Positions 47,474-52,488 of a stretch of DNA of 52,488 nt are shown one piece after another; within the stretch, counting starts at the first letter, position 1; each line of letters opens with the position of its first letter. A program made the position numbers and the translations under genes. Source of the stretch: Candidatus Woesearchaeota archaeon (lineage in GTDB: Archaea > Nanobdellota > Nanobdellia > Woesearchaeales > WJKL01); assembly GCA_014729675.1 (NCBI GenBank), contig WJJM01000005.1, forward strand, positions 1 to 52,488, given 5' to 3'. The notes beneath the pieces are model-generated. The model did not search any database, had not been told where the DNA came from, and was given only the letters and a program-made list of their open reading frames with translations.

Positions 47474-48112
47474 CTAGTTGACTTTCTCCAGTCTCCAACA
47501 CCCCACTTCAATATGCTGTATCTTTTTCCTATGATGCACATAAACATTCTTCAGCGGGAACTCAAATCTCCAGAACCCTTCAACATTGAATCCATTATCT
47601 TTGCTTAACTCTTTGATAAATTTTACACTGTCAGCCTTGTGAAAGCTGTATATAACATCAGCTATTTCCATAGCCTTCACTAAGAACTTCCTGTCTGCAT
47701 GCCTTTCTTTTTGCAGCCCGAAAGGAGGATTCTGGACGACAACATCAACTTCCTCGTCGAAAAGCAAAACATCTTCCTGCAAAAAATCTGTTTTTCTTCT
47801 CAGTTTGATTTCAAATCTGTCCTCGATAATCTTAAGGTTTTCCTTAGCTGTCTGGATAGCATCTTCATCTTTCTCGACGAAAAAAACATGTTTGGCCCCT
47901 AACAGCAATGCACCTATTCCAAGAACACCTGTCCCTGCTCCGAGGTCAGCTATTGTTTTGCCTTCGATCTCTCTTCTAAAAAACGCGTTCCAGAGCACCT
48001 CAGCAGCGATATCCGCCTCTGTAGGATACTGCTCGAGCAGCACCTTAGGCTTTTCAAAACTCTTGAGTGATGACAATACTACTGCCAGCCCTTTTTTTGA
48101 CGAAATTTTCAT
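47474..48112 (-). CDS. METTL5-like N6-adenine RNA methyltransferase (COG2263)
   Basis: LEQYPT, DLGAGTG.L, NPPFG, D..F, YS.H. Confidence 0.92.
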   Translation of the reverse strand: MKISSKKGLAVVLSSLKSFEKPKVLLEQYPTEADIAAEVLWNAFFRREIEGKTIADLGAGTGVLGIGALLLGAKHVFFVEKDEDAIQTAKENLKIIEDRFEIKLRRKTDFLQEDVLLFDEEVDVVVQNPPFGLQKERHADRKFLVKAMEIADVIYSFHKADSVKFIKELSKDNGFNVEGFWRFEFPLKNVYVHHRKKIQHIEVGCWRLEKVN

Positions 48113-48120
48113 GTCAAGAC

Positions 48121-48615
48121 CTCACTTTTCCAGCACTTATTTTTCTTGATCTCATTTTTTCTGAATTCTTCTCAAGTATATCTCACTTTTTCCAGATATT
48201 TATAACTTTTCATTTCATCCTTATTTTTTCTTCTCACTTTTTCTGATCCTTTCTTTATTGTCTGTTTTTCTCCTCTAAAAATACTCACTTTTTCACCCAT
48301 AATCCTAAAATAACAAATTTATAGATCTTCCTGATAATACTCTATTATATCCAACTCTCACTTTTTTACCATATCTCCCTATATCTGCTTATTCTTTCCC
48401 ATTTTTGCATGTTGACGCTGCACCTAACTCTCACTTTTGCCTCTTTTTACCTTATTTCTTTTGTTTTTAGTGCCATTCTTCTCATATTTACTCTCACTTT
48501 CTGTATATTCTAGCTGATTTCAGCCTTATTTCACCCATTTTCCCTGAAATCAACTCTCACTTTTTGCCAAAATAGCCTTATTTTAGCATTTTTTCACCTT
48601 TTTTACTCTCACTTT
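48121..48615 (+). repeat. Array of nine phased CTCACTTT boxes
   Basis: Starts at 48121, 48182, 48233, 48284, 48357, 48430, 48493, 48556, 48608 in a pyrimidine-rich non-coding tract. Confidence 0.9.
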
Positions 48616-48780
48616 CATCTATTTTAAGTCTAAAAATTAGCTTTTTGATTCTATATTTTTGCATAAATCCTCCCCAAAATTTCAAAACCCTGCCTTGCTT
48701 TTTTGATCAAAATTTACAAAGAAAAACAGTTAAACAATATTCATCTCAGATATATTCTGCCTCTTTTTCTAAAATCTTTC

Positions 48781-48945
48781 ATTCCCAAAATATTCCCAAG
48801 ATAGTCCTGGGAATGTCCCAATATTGTCCCAATGGGAATGACAAATAAAGCCTAAAAAACTAAAATTTGTCCTCTAAAAACCAAATATATTCCCAGATAT
48901 AGTCCCAAGATATTCCCAAAATAATCCCATTTTTGTCTTGGGAAT
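48781..48945. repeat. TCCCA/TGGGAAT box cluster B (11-bp period)
   Basis: TCCCA at 48783, 48794, (TCCT 48805), 48816, 48827 and 48891, 48903, 48914, 48925; inverted TGGGAAT at 48808, 48833, 48939. Confidence 0.88.
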
Positions 48946-48985
48946 TAGAAAGATTTAAATAAATAAGAGATATTTTTATTTTAAA

Positions 48986-49642
48986 ATGGGAATATTTTCA
49001 TCATTATCACAGAAAGACAGCCATGTTCACAAGCTGCACCAGGCAGTATCATTTGCTTTCCAAAAAGTGAAAGATGACACTTCCCAGATATTCCAATGGC
49101 TGCAGCACTTTCATCAGAAGCAGCAGGATACTGATCAAAGGCTGGCAAGGATTGAAGAACACATAGCCAGCTCTGACAGTCAGGATTCATTAGAGCTAAA
49201 GCAAAGGCTTAGAAAGCTAGAATACCACACACAATATCAGCCTCAGATTTCAAGAGAAGAGATAAGAAGGATAGCTGAAAACTCTGTATCATACGATCAC
49301 ATATTAAGAAAGATTGAAGAGATAAATTTAAGGATAGATACATTAGAAAAGAGGAAATCTGCACAGAGAATAGAGAAAAAACAGTCCATCAAAGACAGGA
49401 TAGTCAAAAAGATAACAAAGAACAGCAAGGATTACATAAAAAGCGTTGTCTTGTCTCTTATCAAGAAATATCAGCAGATATCTGGCTCCCAATTAAGGGA
49501 AATAGTAGTAGAAGAGCAGGGATTGTGCTCAAAATCCTCTTTTTACCGTGCTTTGGAAGAGCTTGAACAATCTTCAGATATAGAGATGATGAAAAAAGGC
49601 AAGGAAAAAACATATGCTTTTAAGACGACGATCCAAAGGTAA
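48986..49642 (+). CDS. Coiled-coil protein with a C-terminal winged-helix-like domain
   Basis: Heptad region, then VLSLIKKY..IS..QL...V...GLCSKSSFYRALEELE...I...K.GKEK.Y. Confidence 0.75.
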   Translation: MGIFSSLSQKDSHVHKLHQAVSFAFQKVKDDTSQIFQWLQHFHQKQQDTDQRLARIEEHIASSDSQDSLELKQRLRKLEYHTQYQPQISREEIRRIAENSVSYDHILRKIEEINLRIDTLEKRKSAQRIEKKQSIKDRIVKKITKNSKDYIKSVVLSLIKKYQQISGSQLREIVVEEQGLCSKSSFYRALEELEQSSDIEMMKKGKEKTYAFKTTIQR

Positions 49643-49700
49643 ATAGAAAAGTTTAAAAACAAGAAGCATTTTGAAATTAATACCAAATGGGGTGGTGGTA

Positions 49701-50240
49701 ATGACAAATTTAGTATTAGACAATAGAGATTCTGCTCTAGCAGAACTAAAAAAACTGACTAAAAACGTCAAGATAGCTTTTTCTGAGGTGCACAACGAAT
49801 TCGAGGATCATCTGGAGGGTATAAATGAAAATACAAACGAGATACAGTCTAATTATGAGTACATCTGTGAGGTAGACAACAAGATATCTAAGCTAAATGA
49901 AAGGATAGATGATATCTACAATGTCCTGTCTAACATCACAGGCAAAAAGCTAAAAAAGATGCCTTCTTATGAGGATATAGATCCTCTAACAACAGAGGAA
50001 AAGAATGTATTTCTTAACCTTTACACAGAGCCAGAGTCCATTTCCTATGTTGAATTGGCTAAGAAGATGAACATGCCAATTTCATTAACAAGGCAGTACA
50101 TAACAAATCTGCTTGAAAAAGGCATACCTATTCAGAAAGAATACAAGAAAACAAGGCCTTTTATCTATCTGGACAAAAAGTTCAAAAACCTTCAGGCAAA
50201 AAAGAATGTTTTGAAGATTGAACAAAAAATATTAACTTAA
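49701..50240 (+). CDS. Coiled-coil protein with a C-terminal HTH (HTH_11/BirA-like)
   Basis: GGTGGTGG RBS; LT..EK.VF..LY...ISYVELAKKMNM...LTRQYITNLLEKGIPI. Confidence 0.78.
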   Translation: MTNLVLDNRDSALAELKKLTKNVKIAFSEVHNEFEDHLEGINENTNEIQSNYEYICEVDNKISKLNERIDDIYNVLSNITGKKLKKMPSYEDIDPLTTEEKNVFLNLYTEPESISYVELAKKMNMPISLTRQYITNLLEKGIPIQKEYKKTRPFIYLDKKFKNLQAKKNVLKIEQKILT

Positions 50241-50735
50241 AACTTTTAAGATTTTATTATTTATTTTATTCTCTATTTTTTCTAAGCTTTGCTTAAAACT
50301 TTTAAATATAGAATATTTTTAAAAATTTGATTATGACTTTTTATTTGCATACATCAATTTATATTTTTAATATTGAAAATAATCAGGATAGATTATACAT
50401 TTAAATCAACCCAAAATGCCTAACTTCTATAACCTTAGAATTAGGGCTTAATATGTTCAAATTCACCCTTTTTAGCCATTTTTATCATTTTTAGTGTAAA
50501 AACTGCGTTTAATGTACCTTAGATGCCGTTTTATGAATCTCTACAGAAAAATGTAAAACTATAATCTAGATCAATGAAATAACACAATTAATTTTCTATA
50601 TTATAAAACATTTAGTTTTTGCTTAATACTTTTATATTCTATTTATTTTAGTTTTTGCTTAAATGTTTTATACGCACTGACCACTGTTCAAGTGTAGGCA
50701 TAATATTTATATATACGAACATCTTTTTACTAATA

Positions 50736-51221
50736 ATGGAAAGAAATCCTAATCAAAGAAGAATAATAAAATGTGAAGGTTGTGGGGAAGAAAAAGAACA
50801 TCATGCAAAAGAGATGTGTTTGAACTGCTATAGGCGAATTGCATGGAAAAGAAAGAATGTTATCTGTAAAAATTGTGGAAGAAACTTACCCCACAAAGCA
50901 TATGGACTTTGTCAAACATGTCATATTAAGCTGCACCATTATGATAAAGTAAAAGCCCATAATTATAGAAAATGGCATAATGTAGATTTAGATTTATACC
51001 GAAAAATAATTAAAAAATGTCTAATATGTGATTTTGATAAAATTGTTGATTTACACCATTTAGATGGAGATCATAAGAATAATTCTGAAGAAAATCTTAT
51101 TGGATTATGCCCAAACCATCACAAATTACTCCATGATATGCGTTTTAAGGAAGAAACTCAGAAAGAAATAGATAAAAGGCTCAATCCTGAATATTTTAAA
51201 CGCACTTTTCAAAACAATTAA
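50736..51221 (+). CDS. HNH endonuclease with two N-terminal zinc-finger repeats
   Basis: Two CxxC..HxAxxxCxxC repeats; CxxC..DLHHLDGDHKNN..NL..LCPNHH. Confidence 0.88.
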   Translation: MERNPNQRRIIKCEGCGEEKEHHAKEMCLNCYRRIAWKRKNVICKNCGRNLPHKAYGLCQTCHIKLHHYDKVKAHNYRKWHNVDLDLYRKIIKKCLICDFDKIVDLHHLDGDHKNNSEENLIGLCPNHHKLLHDMRFKEETQKEIDKRLNPEYFKRTFQNN

Positions 51222-51251
51222 ATACTTCTAAGTTAATTATAATTAAAAAAG

Positions 51252-52100
51252 ATGGTGCTCCAAAAACTAGAAACAGAACTAAGGCTAAGAGGATTTTCAG
51301 AAAAGACAGTAAAAAACTATATTTTCTATAATCAAAAATTCTTAGATTTTATAAACAAGCAGCCAGAAGATATCCAAGAAGATGATATAAAATCATTCAT
51401 TGCACATCTGATGTCAGACAAAAACTATAAGCCTGCATCAACAAACTTAGCTATCTGCTCTTTAAGGTATTTCTATGAAAAAGTCCTTGAAAAAGAGATA
51501 TTTACAAAAATAACTCCTCCAAAATCAGAAAAAAAGATCCCTACAGTTCTAACAAAAGAAGAATTGAGCCAATTGTTCAATGCAATAAATAACAAAAAAC
51601 ACAGGATACTATTAGAACTCATGTATTCTTCAGGATTAAGGGTCAGTGAAGCAGTATCATTAAAGTTTGAAGACCTAAACTTAAATGAAAAAGTGGGTAT
51701 TGTACGCCAGGCAAAAGGAAGAAAAGACAGGATCATAATCCTCTCAAATAATACCGTAGACAAACTGGAAAAATATAAGAAAAAAAGAGATAAAAAGAAA
51801 CTATTCCCAGATAATCCTTATATATTCCCATCAAACAAACAAAAAGAATCCCATATGTCTATAAGGCAGGCTCAGAAAGTGATAAATGACGCAGCTAAAA
51901 AAGCAGGCATAAAAAAGAGGGTATTCTGCCATTCATTAAGAAGCAGCTTTGCAACACATCTGTTAGACTCAGGCACAGATATAAGAGTCATCCAGGAATT
52001 GCTAGGCCACTCTAACCTCTCTACTACAGAAAGATACACAAAAGTCTCTACAGAGCAATTAAAGAAAGTAAGATCTCCTTTTGATAATATTAAATTCTAA
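51252..52100 (+). CDS. xerA: Tyrosine recombinase, XerA/integron-integrase-like
   Basis: SAM-like N-domain (LRGFSEKT..Y), SGLRVSE, KG.K.R, HSLR, LGH, T..Y; no IntI-specific insertion visible. Confidence 0.88.
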   Translation: MVLQKLETELRLRGFSEKTVKNYIFYNQKFLDFINKQPEDIQEDDIKSFIAHLMSDKNYKPASTNLAICSLRYFYEKVLEKEIFTKITPPKSEKKIPTVLTKEELSQLFNAINNKKHRILLELMYSSGLRVSEAVSLKFEDLNLNEKVGIVRQAKGRKDRIIILSNNTVDKLEKYKKKRDKKKLFPDNPYIFPSNKQKESHMSIRQAQKVINDAAKKAGIKKRVFCHSLRSSFATHLLDSGTDIRVIQELLGHSNLSTTERYTKVSTEQLKKVRSPFDNIKF

Positions 52101-52117
52101 TCACAATATTTGAAGAA

Positions 52118-52163
52118 GTTTGTCTCCATCACATTTAGGACAATGTTACAGACAAACCTAAAT
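52118..52163. other. Overlapping inverted repeats just downstream of the recombinase
   Basis: GTTTGTCT/AGACAAAC and ATTTAGG/CCTAAAT pairs around CAATG-TTACAGACAAA. Confidence 0.45.
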
Positions 52164-52312
52164 AAAAAATAAATTATTGTTTTTAGATTAAAAAATAATA
52201 AGTCCACAAAAAAACATCAATTTTATAAATAAAATAAGAAAATTTATTAATATTTGAGCGGATTGTTTTTGGTTAGTGCTCGTAAATTTGATTCTTAATA
52301 AGGTTTTAGCAC

Positions 52313-52340
52313 TGGGAATTTGGGAATGTGCTTTGGGAAT
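52313..52340. repeat. TGGGAAT box cluster C
   Basis: TGGGAAT at 52313, 52321, 52334, directly before the ATG at 52341. Confidence 0.7.
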
Positions 52341-52488
52341 ATGGCAATACACAGATATATTGAAACAGAATCTCATAAAAGGATAAAAAAGACAGAAAGA
52401 AGAATAAAAAGAAAAGGCTATTCTATTACAAGACCTGCAAAACTTAACGGTATTGGCCAGGTTGACCTGTGTTTTATGAATCAACAGG
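52341..52488 (+). CDS. Truncated CDS, possibly a PD-(D/E)XK nuclease
   Basis: Read from sequence: MAIHRYIETESHKRIKKTERRIKRKGYSITRPAKLNGIGQVDLCF..., open to the window end. Confidence 0.5.
   Translation, partial: MAIHRYIETESHKRIKKTERRIKRKGYSITRPAKLNGIGQVDLCFMNQQ

Noticed and set aside
48121-48615. Degenerate CRISPR or canonical ORB origin
   Set aside because: The repeat is only 8-11 nt with 51-73 bp spacing; no ORB G-string and no cdc6 nearby.
52188-52484. 98-aa minus-strand ORF as first cassette after the recombinase
   Set aside because: Low-complexity translation that runs through the TGGGAAT boxes and overlaps a more plausible plus-strand ORF from 52341.
48986-52488. Integrated provirus or plasmid
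   Set aside because: No capsid, packaging, primase or relaxase gene and no tRNA att site is visible, though the window ends here so it cannot be fully excluded.

Overview
Chromosomal DNA from an AT-rich archaeon, most likely DPANN/Woesearchaeota-like. This is inferred from archaeal r-proteins L1/P0/P1/S24e/S27ae, Rpo7/Rpo11/Spt4, Taw1, archaeal CCA enzyme, NurA and XerA. Most of the window is housekeeping genes, plus a sugar/glycosyl cluster (7.9-14.5 kb) and an oxidative-stress cluster (16.2-21.1 kb). I found no rRNA, tRNA or CRISPR array. Four features stand out. (1) At 200-1895 three small genes are each enclosed by their own inverted repeats and preceded by a ~70-nt bulged hairpin plus a core site, like an integron-type cassette array but with non-standard sites. 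(2) At 48.1-52.4 kb, nine helically phased CTCACTTT boxes and 11-bp-period TCCCA repeats sit beside two coiled-coil/winged-helix genes, an HNH nuclease and a XerA-type recombinase, a candidate origin or partition locus. (3) A dispersed palindromic repeat family occupies three divergent promoter gaps, and one related insertion duplicates the start of a PfkB kinase gene. (4) Five unannotated micro-ORFs lie divergent from a Cys-tailed Lrp regulator. Product calls come from motif recognition by eye; no database searches were run.
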